Position numbers and translations under genes: made by a program. From Takakia lepidozioides (lineage: Eukaryota; Plantae; Bryophyta), in contig JAKLZA010000041.1 in the NCBI GenBank assembly GCA_030704615.1, positions 1 through 25,000 on the forward strand: a DNA stretch of 25,000 nucleotides, given 5' to 3'. The notes beneath the pieces are model-generated. The model had not been told where the DNA came from and did not search any database. It worked only from the letters and a program-made list of their open reading frames with translations. Each line of letters starts with the position of its first letter. The first letter of the stretch is position 1. Positions 1-10,975 of this stretch are shown piece by piece.

Positions 1-11
1 CGATTGTGATG

Positions 12-185
12 GACTAGTGGCTACACTAGTGGAGGCTAGTGACAGCCTAGTGGTTGGACTAGTGACTGCACTAGTGGTGGCTAGTGGCAGCCTAGTGGTG
101 GACTAGTGGCTGCATTAATGGTGACTAGTGGTTGTCTAGTGGCAGCCTACTAGTGCACTAGTGGTGGACTAGTGATAGACTAGTG
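12..185. repeat. Degenerate minisatellite of CTAGTG units (~11-bp spacing, ~44-45-bp higher-order period)
   Basis: 15 copies of CTAGTG counted between 14 and 185. The higher-order unit GACTAGTG... restarts at 12, 57 and 101. Confidence 0.9.
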
Positions 186-249
186 TTTGGTGTGCACATG
201 TGTTGTGTGGTTTTGGACAACGATGTAGTTGTGTAGCGATATGTATGCG

Positions 250-1919
250 CACGACACCCTTTCCCAAGGTGTTTTGCAGGGTCTTGGCTTTTCAGCCGAG
301 TCTCCCTCTTGGGCTCTGTCTATCATAAGAATAAAGTTTGCCAGAAGGGAGGATTTGTTCACTATCAGAGTAATTGATCTTGGATCAAGGGCTTCAAACC
401 CCCACCCCCCCCCCCCCCCCAGCATGGAGGTCAAATGGGCCATACATATGAGGCTCTGCTGGTTCCTGTCACTCTCTCTAAGTGGCCTACAATTCGATCC
501 TGGGGAGTGGGCTTGGATAGACACCAAAAAAACCCGTTCTTTGGGTATACTGCCAAGTTGTGTTACAGACTGTTGCTAGGTACAGCTAATTTCACCCACA
601 ATTGGAAAAAAAGATGGTTGTACCTTGCCAATGCCAGGATTCAATGGCGCAAGATTTGGAAGGATATTTGGCGCAAAGAAAGAGCTGCTAAGATATCAAC
701 CTTTCTCTGGAAAATAGCCAATAGAATTCTGCCAGTTGCTGATCACTTCTCTGATGATGACCCAGCCTGCATTATATGCTCCGGTGCCTATGAGGAATCG
801 ATTGAACACTGCGGCCTCATTACATGCCCACTGCCCTATAAGGTTTGGTCTTTGGTGGATGTCTTCTACTCCAATTGGACTCCTCTGGGTTCCCCTTCGC
901 CCTTGTTGTTCATCCTTAATTGGTCTGAAGGGCAGCTCTGGAGCTCCTGCCAAATCTGGTCGTGCCTTAGGGCACACACATTATGGATACTTTGGAAATG
1001 CAGATGCGCGTTTGTGTGGCCCCAACATCAGATCTATTATGCAAAATTTGTTATTTTCGGATATGATGACTAAGGGGTATAAGGCATGGGGGTCTTTGGT
1101 TGCAGCCTGCAACAGGTGTGGCGAACGGAGGAGGCAGCGCTTATCTCAGAGTTTGATCTCTCCTGGGGCAGGCCTGGGGCAAGGATAATATCCTCTGCAC
1201 CCGCATAGATACCTCGTCCATTATCTGGCATCACCTCCTCCCCGATCAATGGCAAGTCCCCGATTGAATCATATGACCCAGAGGTGAACTAGAGGCACCG
1301 CAAACTCATGATTCCGAGAACTAAAGCACAGCTGGATTTTGGTGCTCATCTGTAGTGGCGTTGGCTCATTTTGTAGTCCTTCTCTGCTTCAGACTCTGTC
1401 CCATTCCTGTTCCTTAGTGTTCTAGAACTGTTCCTATGGGCTTGGTGATGCCTTCACATTGGCTATGGCCCAGCTAGACGGTGGAGCTCATGCTTAGTGC
1501 GCTGTGGTTCTTTCCCCGTCTCTGTTCCTTCGTTTGCTCATGTCTCCGATCTTCTTTAGTGATCTGGAGCTCTTTTTGGGCTCGGTGCTGCCCTGTATTG
1601 AATCTCTAGACTAAGGCTCGGCTAAATTATTAGTATGGTAGATTAGTTTCCCGAGGTTCTCTCCCCCCCAGATTCTGTTTTTAGTCTGCTCCTGCTCTGA
1701 TCCACTTTAGTGTTCTACTCTAGTGATTTAGAGTCCATTTTTTTGGGCTCGGTGTCACCCGACCTTTTCTCTCTCGTCCCTAACGCTAATTGTTTGTTCC
1801 CGGGTTATTCCCCTTGTGTTCATGCCTTCATGGCCCCTGGAGGTTATTTTTTCCTCCTGTTACTATCTTTCTCCTTTAATAAAATTCTCCAGTCCCCTGT
1901 TCTGGAAAAAAAAAAAAAA
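250..1919 (+). mobile_element. 5'-truncated, frameshifted non-LTR retrotransposon (L1/Tx1-like LINE): ORF2 C-terminus with zinc-binding region, 3' UTR and poly(A) tail
   Basis: ORF 435-1073 has typical plant LINE C-terminal motifs: YTAKLCY, WRKIWKDIW...KISTFLWKIANRILPV, CIIC...ESIEHC...CP (zf-RVT-like) and LWILWKCR. The upstream D-x-x-E-W-A-W segment is in another frame, joined by a shift at the A7 run 526-532. A pyrimidine-rich 3' UTR ends in AATAAA (1878-1883) and A14 (1906-1919). The 5' boundary is approximate and no TSD was found. Confidence 0.85.
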
Positions 1920-2758
1920 TTACATAACGTTGCATAACCATAATGTTGTTGTTCGACTTTAATCCCAAGAGCGGGTGGTGAAAGGGTGGCACCAACAATA
2001 TTGAAGTGGCAATGCTTGGGTCGGTACTTACTAACCATGACGTCTCTTTTGTGTTTTTGGTGTGAGGTGTGGGAGATTTGAAGATGGTATGTGCACTTTC
2101 CTTGATATATTACTAAGGCGTCCACCTTTATTATTCGAGGTCCCCCACTACGACCTTATCAGAAGGCATTAGTCCTTGGGAGTGAACTTAAGTAACACCA
2201 TAATTTACGTTTGCTTTTGTTGAGTCTCACTTATTATGATATTTTATTGGGGGTGGTGGTAACAAGTCTGTCTAATGATGCCGTGTTTCATGGATGACAA
2301 CACGCAGATCCTTCAAATAATGTCCGATCGCAGCGTTTAACAAACAACATTGTCGGGCATTCCCAATGCAAAATGTGATCCACGGTGAGTGTAAGATACC
2401 CAAATAGCTTATGACCCGGGTGACTGGTAACAAACTTGATTGTCCCTAGTGATATATCCTCACCTTATATCATGGAGACGCATGGATGGGAGAAGAATGG
2501 AATATGTTGACACTAACACAATTCCCATGTTTGCTGTGATCCCCCACTCAGGGACGCGTTACTTATATTAACATCACAACCCATGTTCTCGAAGACCTGG
2601 GTCTACGCTTACTTACAACTCTAGCATGCTCTTTCATGAACTGGAGCCAAGGCCGGCACAAATATTCACACAACAATTTTTTGAAAACTCAGACATACTA
2701 AGAACAAGTGACATCCATCAAGACAAACAAGAACATCTTCTTTCATGCACGTCCAGAC

Positions 2759-3594
2759 CAGTGTTGTGCGGGTCAGGGTTTTGAAGGCGGGTACCCGGCG
2801 GGTTAGGATCCGGGTCACCCGGAACCGGACCCGGACCCGCCTGCTGGGTCCAGAACCCGCTACCCGCGGGCCAATGTAGCGGGTCAGGGTCCGGGTCTTA
2901 ATTTGAGATGGGGCATGCGGGGGTCCACCTTAGATCTGGTAGGTTTTGTCGTATGTGTGGAGGGGACGAGCAGCAATAGGCCACTGCAGCAGCCTGCCCC
3001 ACCACGTTGTAGCCCAGTGGTAATGCCCACATACCACCTCAAAAGCGGTTGTGGGTTCAATCCACGGAGTGGTGTCACAAAGTTGTGCCCTATGGGACCA
3101 TAATTTACACCTCCCAAAGGAGACGTCATATATTATTATTAGGCCATGTCCCACACATCCATGCTATAGTGATCTACCCCTGAGGCATATTACTATTCTT
3201 AACATGTTTAAGGAATTGATATTGAAAAATAGAAAATGTATTTTAATTCTTATGCATGGTATACATATTCATATTCATGGTATATTTTGAAGGAATGTCT
3301 CTTAAACTAAAATTCATTATTAGGATTTAAAGTTTTTTCCAGCCAAAAATAATTTTATCTCTAATTAATCTTGTTTTTCTAATTTATTTAATCAATAAAT
3401 TAGGACCCGGATTTGAACCCGTGAATCCGTTAATATTTCCCAACAACTACCCGGACCCTAACCCGAGTCCGTGTTGACAAACCCGGACCCGGATTTTCCA
3501 AATTTCAAAAACCCGGACCCGGACTTGGCTCCAAAAAAAAACCCGAACCCGGACCCGGCGGGTTCCTTAAAAAGGCTGAACCTGCACAACACTC
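2759..3594. mobile_element. Non-autonomous hAT-type DNA transposon (836 bp)
   Basis: Direct repeat GTCCAGAC at 2751-2758 and 3595-3602 (8-bp TSD). TIRs are CAGTGTTGTGCGGG (left) and, as reverse complement, GAGTGTTGTGCAGG (right), matching at 12/14. Dense ACCCGG/CCGGGT subterminal repeats at ~2790-2900 and ~3400-3560, AT-rich interior, no transposase ORF. An 8-bp TSD with short CAG-starting TIRs is the established hAT signature. Confidence 0.9.
3000..3074 (+). pseudogene. tRNA-derived (SINE-head-like) Pol III cassette inside the hAT element
   Basis: A-box-like TAGCCCAGTGG (3010-3020) and B-box-like GGTTCAATCC (3054-3063) at tRNA-like spacing. T-arm-like GTGG/CCAC stem and closing stem CACCAC (3000-3005)/GTGGTG (3069-3074). 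No canonical anticodon arm. Confidence 0.6.
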
Positions 3595-6500
3595 GTCCAG
3601 ACAAGAAGGTTAGACTTGAGATATGAAGACTAACTTAGATCACATGTTTTGGATGAACAGCGGCTATGTAGGCTATGTGGAAGTGCTTCAAAGCAAGCCA
3701 ATATGAGACATAATGTCTAGTCTACAGAGAAGCTTCCCTGTTGTCTTCCCCTTGGGCCCATATTGCAAGAAATGCTTTGTTTATGTGAGGGAAATGTGGA
3801 CAAATATGTGATATCAATGTTCTAACTTTGTGGCATGTAAGGGCCACTGTAGACACAGCATGAAACCAGTGGTCCAAAATTGAAATCATTTTATCTAAGT
3901 ACTCCTTTTAGGCTGAAGGCCAAGATAAAAATGTCCACCAGGTAAATGAAAAATCTAAAAAATAAAAATGAAAAATTACTCACATTACTAGCCATTTGCT
4001 TTCAAGAAAGTTAAGCCAAAAATAAAACAAATTCCCTTTAAAAAACAGAAAAAACAAAATCAAATTTTGTTTAATGGTTTGCTGCTTTCAGCTTGCCCCT
4101 GAGCCTGAGCAGATTGGGTTTCCCATTGAAAGCCCATGTCTAAACCATCCATACCCCAATGAGCAAATTTGTCCATAGAACCACCACCACCACCACATTT
4201 TCAGCGCTCGTTTGGTAGAAAGACACACACTGGCAAGCTCCTGGTTGCAGAGTATCAGGGAGGTGGGTTGTTACTTGTTACGTCACAGCCACAGCCCCTT
4301 ATCATTGCTGCTGCATGCCACAGCTTATGTGGGCCCTCCCCGGCAACTACAAGAGGAGAGTGAAGAGAAGCAGCCAAGCCAGCCAGCCCCAGCTATTTCC
4401 AATGCAAAGCACGTGTGCTCTGGCGGTCCCAGCCTGGTGCTGGCAAGAGTGGAAAGTGTTTCAGAATTTGAAGAAGAGGTGATGGATGCTTATGGTGGAC
4501 TTACTCCTCAAACTTAGCACCTGGATTCCTGCATTAACCAACCCATGAGATTCCAGGGAAGCGGCCGGTAGGAGAATGTATGAGAGATGGACTTTGTAGG
4601 CCATTGGTCTGGGTACATGCACCGTGCCGCAAGGCGCCGGGAATGAGAGAAACCGCATTTTGCAACCTTGTCCGAGGTCAATGTCAAAGTTTCTCCCCTT
4701 TGGAGCGGACAATGGCATCTTCAACCTTTTTATTTCAATAACCATGCTTTTGTTTTGTGGGCGACCGTCTGCTGGTTGACAATCCGCAGCTGTTTTGCTC
4801 CATATCTAGACCGTAGCCCTTTCTGATCTTCGGATGCGGGTGTAGATATTCAATGCAAGCAAGGAAGAGCTCCATGCAACTTCTGACTTGCACTCACCTA
4901 GGATGCTGGATGGTTTTGCGCGTGAATTGGTTTTCCTGATGCTTGCTTGACATGATTTCTCCGCAAGTCGAGTCCCACTTGGACTGATCAGTTTGTTTAT
5001 TATTTCCAACGTTGCCAGAGAGGAAGGTGGTGCGTGATCATCACACTCGGCCACCGAGCTTGCCTGAGCGGCTGCGACCCGGAGCTTCCACTAAGTTATA
5101 CCACACGTCATCAGCATGCACACAGCTTATCGTGACGCATGTTGCCGCCGGCGTCATCATCCTCTTGGCTTGCAATGCAAGCAGAGTAGTCTGAGTAGGC
5201 TACTGGAACCAAAGATTCCCAGCCCACCTGCCTCATCTCAAGGGAAAGCCATGAGACCCTCCCTCCAACACTAGAATGACATGACGACATGACGCTCGAG
5301 TAAGACACTGTCCAACCCACTCACACACAATATTCCTTTGCGGAAGGGCACCGACCTCCGCACTTCGAGTTAGTCCCCACTCGGATCCCGTGATGTCAGT
5401 CTCCCGCAGATCGTCTTCCCTTGTCTTTTGTATTGTAATCCGTCATAGTTTGTATACAATATCCATTCCACCCATTACCCGGAGCTTCAGGATCACACAA
5501 GTGCCTCAGCTCCTGCCCTCCATCACCCGAGAGCTTATCATCTCTCTAGACTGGACTGAATGGAATCTCCCATTGATCCACTTCAATGGGAACTTCATTT
5601 TTCCGCATATTGGCCATTACATGTAGGACATATAAGTTTCATACAATTCGTACGATACAATTTGTTCTTATTTCGGGCCCACAAACTCGCCGGACCACCT
5701 TTGTACCCATGAAAATGGGTGGGTCGAGATCATATCACTGTTATGGATTTGGTGGATGGGAGGGAGAATGAATGACGCCGGCGCTTTGAGAACCGGTCAA
5801 CAAATTTGTGGATAGCATACATTGCGACTAATATACATTGCGACTTATAGTATTAGAGAACGCTACCTTGTGAATTCATGCATATTCCGATCCGGGCCAC
5901 TTTATGGAGCATGTGGGTTTTGTTGGGGCACCTTGGGTTGATGTTTCTATTTTGTTCCCACTCTACCCAATCCATTGTATATTCCAATTCCAATTAGTTA
6001 CGCTAGCTTTGGCCGGAGTCTTCTCTCTCTTTTTCTATTCGTCCAACTGGGCTGTTGCGATTGGATGGTTTGTTTCCACTTGGAAGCATATTGTTAGCGA
6101 ACCTTCCGCAACGTTTAAGCTCCCATGGAGTAGGCGAAAAACCCACCTTCGTTTCTGGGCCCACGGGATATCATAAAGGTGATAAGAAGGGCTCTTGCCT
6201 CGTGCTTGCATGTGAGTACTTGCTTTCCAACATGTACAGGGCAGCAGGATGCAAGTTTGTTTCCCCAATCTTCCCTCGGGAGTGGGAAGAAGATCCTTCC
6301 ACTGGAGAATTCTGTCGGATGAAAGACCCCCACACAACCCCGCACTGAAGCACCGGATTAACATTTGAACTCCGGACCGGCCAACTCCACATCCTACTAC
6401 AACCACTGAGCTGGGTTGCTGAACATGGGAAGGTATTAACAAATGGGAGAAATGTCAACTTCTCACTTGGTATGAAGTAGTAAGTTGGCAAGTGAGAAGA

Positions 6501-6619
6501 CCTCGACGTCACAGACTACAGTGTTTGTGGGTTGTTGGGTACTGTCCGGGAATGGGGTTCAATAAGTCAGAGATTAAGGCAGAGATTAAGCAGGGTGCTG
6601 ATTTGGGGAGTTAAGTTAA

Positions 6620-7450
6620 CAAGAGAAGAAGGGAGGTGGCGGAGAGAGAGACGAGAGGGCAGCAGGAAAACAGGAAGGAACGGTCGGGGAAATTGAAGGA
6701 GTCCGGCCGTCCCAGCCACACCCTTATTGCTCGCACGCTCGTTCCTCTTCATTTCGCCCCTTCTCTCTCGGCTCTCGCTCGTTGTCGCGTTCCTCTGTCC
6801 ATTGCAGATTGGGGAGCTAGGATTCCCACTGTATCCTTGAAGGCAGCGCCTACTTCCTGCTTGTCTGGGTGTCTCTTTTTGTGGACCTGTAGATATACCT
6901 GAAGTCATCCGTTTGTGGGTATCTTTGTCGTGGCCAGCCGCGCTCTTTTTCTTCTTCTCTCCAGCTAGGCTCGTCCTGTTTGCTTCTCTCCTCAACTGCT
7001 GTACACGTTCCTGTCTTGGACCTCTCTGACTGATCTTCCTCATCACGCCTACGAAGCTTTTGTTCGATCTTTGATGGTGTAGGGGTGGGCGTCAAGACGC
7101 CGTGCCGTGCGCTGTGGTTCCCTCACCGTAGCTTGCTTACTCTTCTCTCACCGCTCGATAGATCCTAGAGCTCTCTCTCTCTCGATCTCGATCTCGACCC
7201 TCTCTGTCTGTCCATCGGCTCGATCGGGTTTGCCAGTCCGCCTGCTGCTTAATATTGCGGAATGTCAATGAATACTGACAAGCAGGTCAGTGAGGCCCAC
7301 CTTGGTTCCAATTCCCGGTTCCTCTGGGATTCCGATTTTCCTCTCTCTCCCTCTCTCTCACCGTTGTTACGCGTTCACAGATATTGCAGCTGATTCAGCG
7401 ACTAGAGCTGTCGGGTTTACTCGATCGCCTATCCCCTATGAACTTCTCCT
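6620..7450 (+). promoter_or_regulatory. Probable promoter / 5' leader of the LAS-like gene
   Basis: CpG-rich segment with a GA-rich tract (~6620-6700) followed by long CT-rich tracts and (CT)n/CGATCT repeats (~7140-7210, ~7340-7360), typical of plant TSS and 5' UTR regions. It lies 1.2-2 kb upstream of the start codon; the TSS cannot be determined from sequence. Confidence 0.45.
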
Positions 7451-8684
7451 CCCTCAGTTTTCACAACGGCAGATTAGCCCTCTACTCTTTGAGTTGAAAC
7501 ACTCTATCTCTCTAGAGCTGCATAGATTTCAGGATACATGCAGTCACAGGAAGGATTCTCATTGAAGCTTTCAGGTACAGTCCATCAGTAATGCGATTCA
7601 TATTTTAATATAACACTTGTGTTATGATTCCACTGTCGAACTCCATTAATTTCCGTGACTTATGGGTCCTTAATTAAAGCAGTTGGATATCTTCTTCTAC
7701 ACTCTTCGTGGGCTCTTCATCCGAATATCTGAGCATCTGAGGTTCCATCTGTACTCGCCAACACCCAGCTCGTCACAATCAGATGTCTTTCTGATGACAC
7801 TTAAACCCAACTTCAACAGCGGTCTCAAGTAAGGGAAGTCGAAAATGGATTCTGTCGGCACTGGAAGAGTCTCTAGAGGGTTACAGCTGGGAGTTCTACA
7901 GGAATGGTTGAACACAAAGCTTCAGCGGCTATAGTGGCGGAGATAGTAAAATGGGGATCATGGATTTGTCGAGAAAGCCACCACAGTCATTGGCACGTCC
8001 AGGCAGGAGGGATGGCAGAGTTGCCAAACAGCCCTAGACCTCTCTCCTTTAAATTATAGCATGAGTTCCTAGGACTTTTAAGATAGCCTAGTACAAGGTT
8101 TTGGACGTATATGTAGTACAAAGTTCTTACATACTATAGATGAAGATACAAGCATAGATTTATGTGTTACCGAGCTTACCTCTCCAGTGTTTCGAGTGTG
8201 TAAGCAGACATGTCCATTCGCCATGAATTCTGTACAGCATCTTCTGGACTACAGTGACGGAAAAGGGTGAAGTGCGTGCAGCAGTCTGAGGCTTCCATCA
8301 ATCTTTTCTTGCACTGGGGAAGGCGTGAACTGGGGAGGCTTGCACTCTATTGGATTTTCTAGTTAACACACTCACAGCAGACAGTGCGGACTTAAGGAGA
8401 AGAGCTTGAGCAACTCAACCTCCAAACGACAGGGGAAGACTTCGTCACTTCCTAGGATCCCAGTGAGGATTGAATTTGGGTAAATTTTATTCCGACTGGC
8501 AAGGGCTTTGGAATCTGGATAACTGCAGCGGCGGGGCCGATCAAGCGCCCATGTCCTCCATCCAGAGACTGGAAAGGGTCAGTAGTCTTCGTCCCGCGCG
8601 ATGCAAGTTGTCCTACCCCTGCGCGTCGTCGACAACCTCAGCTTCTTGCAGTTTCGTCTTCACTTGCCTGCCGTCCTCCATGAA

Positions 8685-8789
8685 ATGTTTGGCTCTGTCG
8701 ATGCCAATCCATCGGCCTCTGAGCCAGCGGATTCAATCCAATCAGATGACCTTAGCTCCGGTGACATTGATCGCTCTCTCATCCAATGA
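8685..8789 (+). CDS. LAS: Probable LAS N-terminal segment (MFGSVDANPSASEPADSIQSDDLSSGDIDRSLIQ*), one base out of frame with the GRAS domain
   Basis: Starts MFGS (LAS/Ls proteins start ML[G/T]S, from recall), is S/D-rich, and ends LIQ directly before MKDLLFECA (compare tomato Ls AIQIRQLLISCA, from recall). TGA 8787-8789 overlaps ATG 8786-8788. An in-frame upstream ATG also exists at 8601. Confidence 0.6.
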   Translation: MFGSVDANPSASEPADSIQSDDLSSGDIDRSLIQ

Positions 8790-8968
8790 AGGACTTGTTG
8801 TTTGAATGCGCACAGGCAGTGTCTCAGAGTGACTGGGGACATGCTAATCACATAGTGGGTTTGTTGAGGGGAAGAGCGTCTGCGCAGGGTGAGGCGGCCG
8901 AGCGTGTCGCATTTTACTTCACCGAAGCTCTTGCTTCTCGCATTTCAAGGGCTACAGGCGGTCCTGAG
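8786..8968 (+). CDS. LAS: GRAS transcription factor, LAS/MOC1 subfamily, exon 1 (LHRI motif)
   Basis: 61 codons MKDLLFECAQAVSQSD...GEAAERVAFYFTEALASRI, the GRAS leucine heptad I. Ends at the phase-0 donor GAG|GTTAGT. An in-frame stop lies upstream at 8768-8770. Confidence 0.9.
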
Positions 8969-9658
8969 GTTAGTCCATTTTTATGTTAGATTGAGCTGCT
9001 GAGAAAGGTTAAATTGCCATTTATCCTATTGCTCGATAAGTGTACTCGTGCAGAACATTCAGGAGAGCGAAGTTTCTGTACAAACTGTGACATGTCTAAA
9101 GTTCTCTGGACATTAAGTACTGCCCGGAATCTTCAATAAGACACTCAATTCTGCCTCCTGGAGGTGAAGTGTTGTTTGGGGATCATGGTCGATCTAATCC
9201 GCGCTGGTACTCATGTGGATTCCAGAGCGGGGACGTCATCTGGATAAATTAGCTGTAGCGTGATTACCTGCAGTTGAAACACCCTGATCAGTCTATGGTG
9301 GTTGGGAGTGAAGACAGTTCTAAACATGTTGATCACCATGAGCTGTAGAACACAAGGTGTTCCCTTGAGAATTCACAGATTGCTTTCACCCGACCTTCTG
9401 AATTTTTAGCGCCACTACAAAGACAAGTTCCAATTCCGCTACAGGTCGCTTATTTGTCTTCGTCGCTGGATTGTCAAGCATGAGTATCCCGGTTGTAGTA
9501 CTTAGGAGTATGTGCTTCCAACAAAATAGTGTTTGCCTTCTCTTCTCCTAAAGTCAACTGTCAAAAACCAATCGCTGATAGATTAGGCAACTGAAGAGTG
9601 ACGATCTAAGTTGGAGTGTCCTTGGAATCATGCATGACAGTCTGGCTCTGGACTGCAG
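8969..9658 (+). other. 690-bp GT-AG phase-0 intron of the LAS-like gene
   Basis: GTTAGT...CTGCAG. Splicing joins ...TGGPE to VPPADLPSSEE... in frame, linking LHRI to the VHIID region. Confidence 0.9.
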
Positions 9659-10576
9659 GTGCCACCTGCAGATCTACCGAGCAGTGAAGAGATTCAATCG
9701 GCCTACCTGGCCCTCAATCAAGTGACACCTTTCATTCGATTTGCACACCTTACAGCAAACCAGGCAATGCTGGAGGCTCTTGAAGGAGAAAATTCTGTGC
9801 ATATAGTTGACTTCGACATAACCCAAGGGGTCCAGTGGCCTCCACTGATGCAGGCTCTTGCTGAGCGACCTGAGGGGCCCCCTCACCTCCGCCTTACTGG
9901 TATAGGGAGAGACGGAACAATCCTCGAACAGACTGGTGTACGGCTAGCAGAATTCGCTCGTTCTCTCCAGCTTCCATTTATGTTTCATTCAGTGATCATT
10001 CAATCCCTTGAGTCTTTAGAGCCACAAATGTTGGGGATGCGAACTGGTGAAGCTCTTTCTGTGAATTGTATGCTCCAACTGCACCGACTACTGGAACAAG
10101 GAACCGAACCTTTGGAGTCTCTCTTGAATATGGTGTATACCCTGAGTCCCAAAGTGGTGACGCTTGCTGAGAGAGAAGCCAATCATAACCAATCCTTTTT
10201 CCTAGACCGCTTTGCCGATGCATTTCATCACTACTCTACTCTGTTTGATTCGCTAGAGGCGACTCTACCCCCACGGAGTCCTGAGAGGGTGAATGTGGAG
10301 CAGCTCTGGTTTGGGAGGGAGATTGGTAACATTGTGGCTTGCGAAGGGGCAGAGCGGGTCGAAAGGCACCAGAGATTCGACGAATGGCGAAGTTTCATGG
10401 AGGCAACTGGGTTTGGATGTGTTCCACCGAGCACTTTCGCTCTCGCGCAGGCGAAACTGTTACTCAGACTTCACTACCCGTCAGAGGGTTACCGACTTGA
10501 AGATGTTGACGGGTGCCTTTTGCTGGGCTGGCAAGGTAGCCCCCTTTTTGCGGTATCTTCCTGGCAAACTGTTTGA
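9659..10576 (+). CDS. LAS: GRAS transcription factor, LAS/MOC1 (SCL18) subfamily, exon 2 (VHIID, LHRII, PFYRE, SAW)
   Basis: Uninterrupted 305 codons with YLALNQVTPFIRFAHLTANQA, VHIVDFDITQGVQWPPLMQALAER, PKVVTLAEREANHN, LFDSLEATLPP, the LAS-diagnostic QAKLLLRLHYPSEGY and terminal WQGSPLFAVSSW. Confidence 0.96.
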   Translation: MPPADLPSSEEIQSAYLALNQVTPFIRFAHLTANQAMLEALEGENSVHIVDFDITQGVQWPPLMQALAERPEGPPHLRLTGIGRDGTILEQTGVRLAEFARSLQLPFMFHSVIIQSLESLEPQMLGMRTGEALSVNCMLQLHRLLEQGTEPLESLLNMVYTLSPKVVTLAEREANHNQSFFLDRFADAFHHYSTLFDSLEATLPPRSPERVNVEQLWFGREIGNIVACEGAERVERHQRFDEWRSFMEATGFGCVPPSTFALAQAKLLLRLHYPSEGYRLEDVDGCLLLGWQGSPLFAVSSWQTV

Positions 10577-10975
10577 TCAATTGATGGTATATAACTATAT
10601 AGTTCAGGGCTTCTCAGATTGACCAGACTATGAACATGTATTCGGCACCAGCGGATTGTTGAGCATCAGAGTGTCTGAGAAGTTGGGTGCAATGGAATGC
10701 ACGAATCTTTGTTTAACTCCTGTGGAGCGAAGAAGATGAGAACGGGAGCATCTGACTTAGGATAGACAGGATTTTTCTAGCAATTCATATGTTTTACTGG
10801 GTCTATGACTGACTGGAGGAATTGGGTTTTAAACAAAAAGCCAGACCTTTTTGCATACCACGAAAGGCCTAGAATACAGATTTCCTGAAAACGCCAGGAT
10901 TCGGGTCTCCCAGTTTTCCGACGCTTGTGGACCTGTTGTTAGCACTAACCCTTGACCTGGCGCACACGGATCGCT

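Noticed and set aside
399-420. C5-A-C16 tract (possible G-quadruplex or i-motif)
   Set aside because: A simple homopolymer expansion inside a dead LINE; its length may be unreliable.
4091-4517. Exon-like frame after TTTCAG, including ORF 4212-4517
   Set aside because: Internal stop, no recognisable motif and no partner exons; a product cannot be supported.
4461-6512. Many short overlapping ORFs on both strands
   Set aside because: No recognisable domain in any frame examined; compatible with chance or old TE decay.
6567-7095. Minus-strand ORFs of 159 and 81 aa, and a possible GA/CT fold-back miRNA hairpin
   Set aside because: The ORFs are by-products of CT-rich sequence. The pairing is low-complexity and I saw no conserved miRNA I could recall.
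9659-10576. miR171 target site, or DELLA/SCR/HAM identity
   Set aside because: No miR171 complement or DELLA motif was seen; LRLHYPSEGY and QWPPLMQALA point to LAS.
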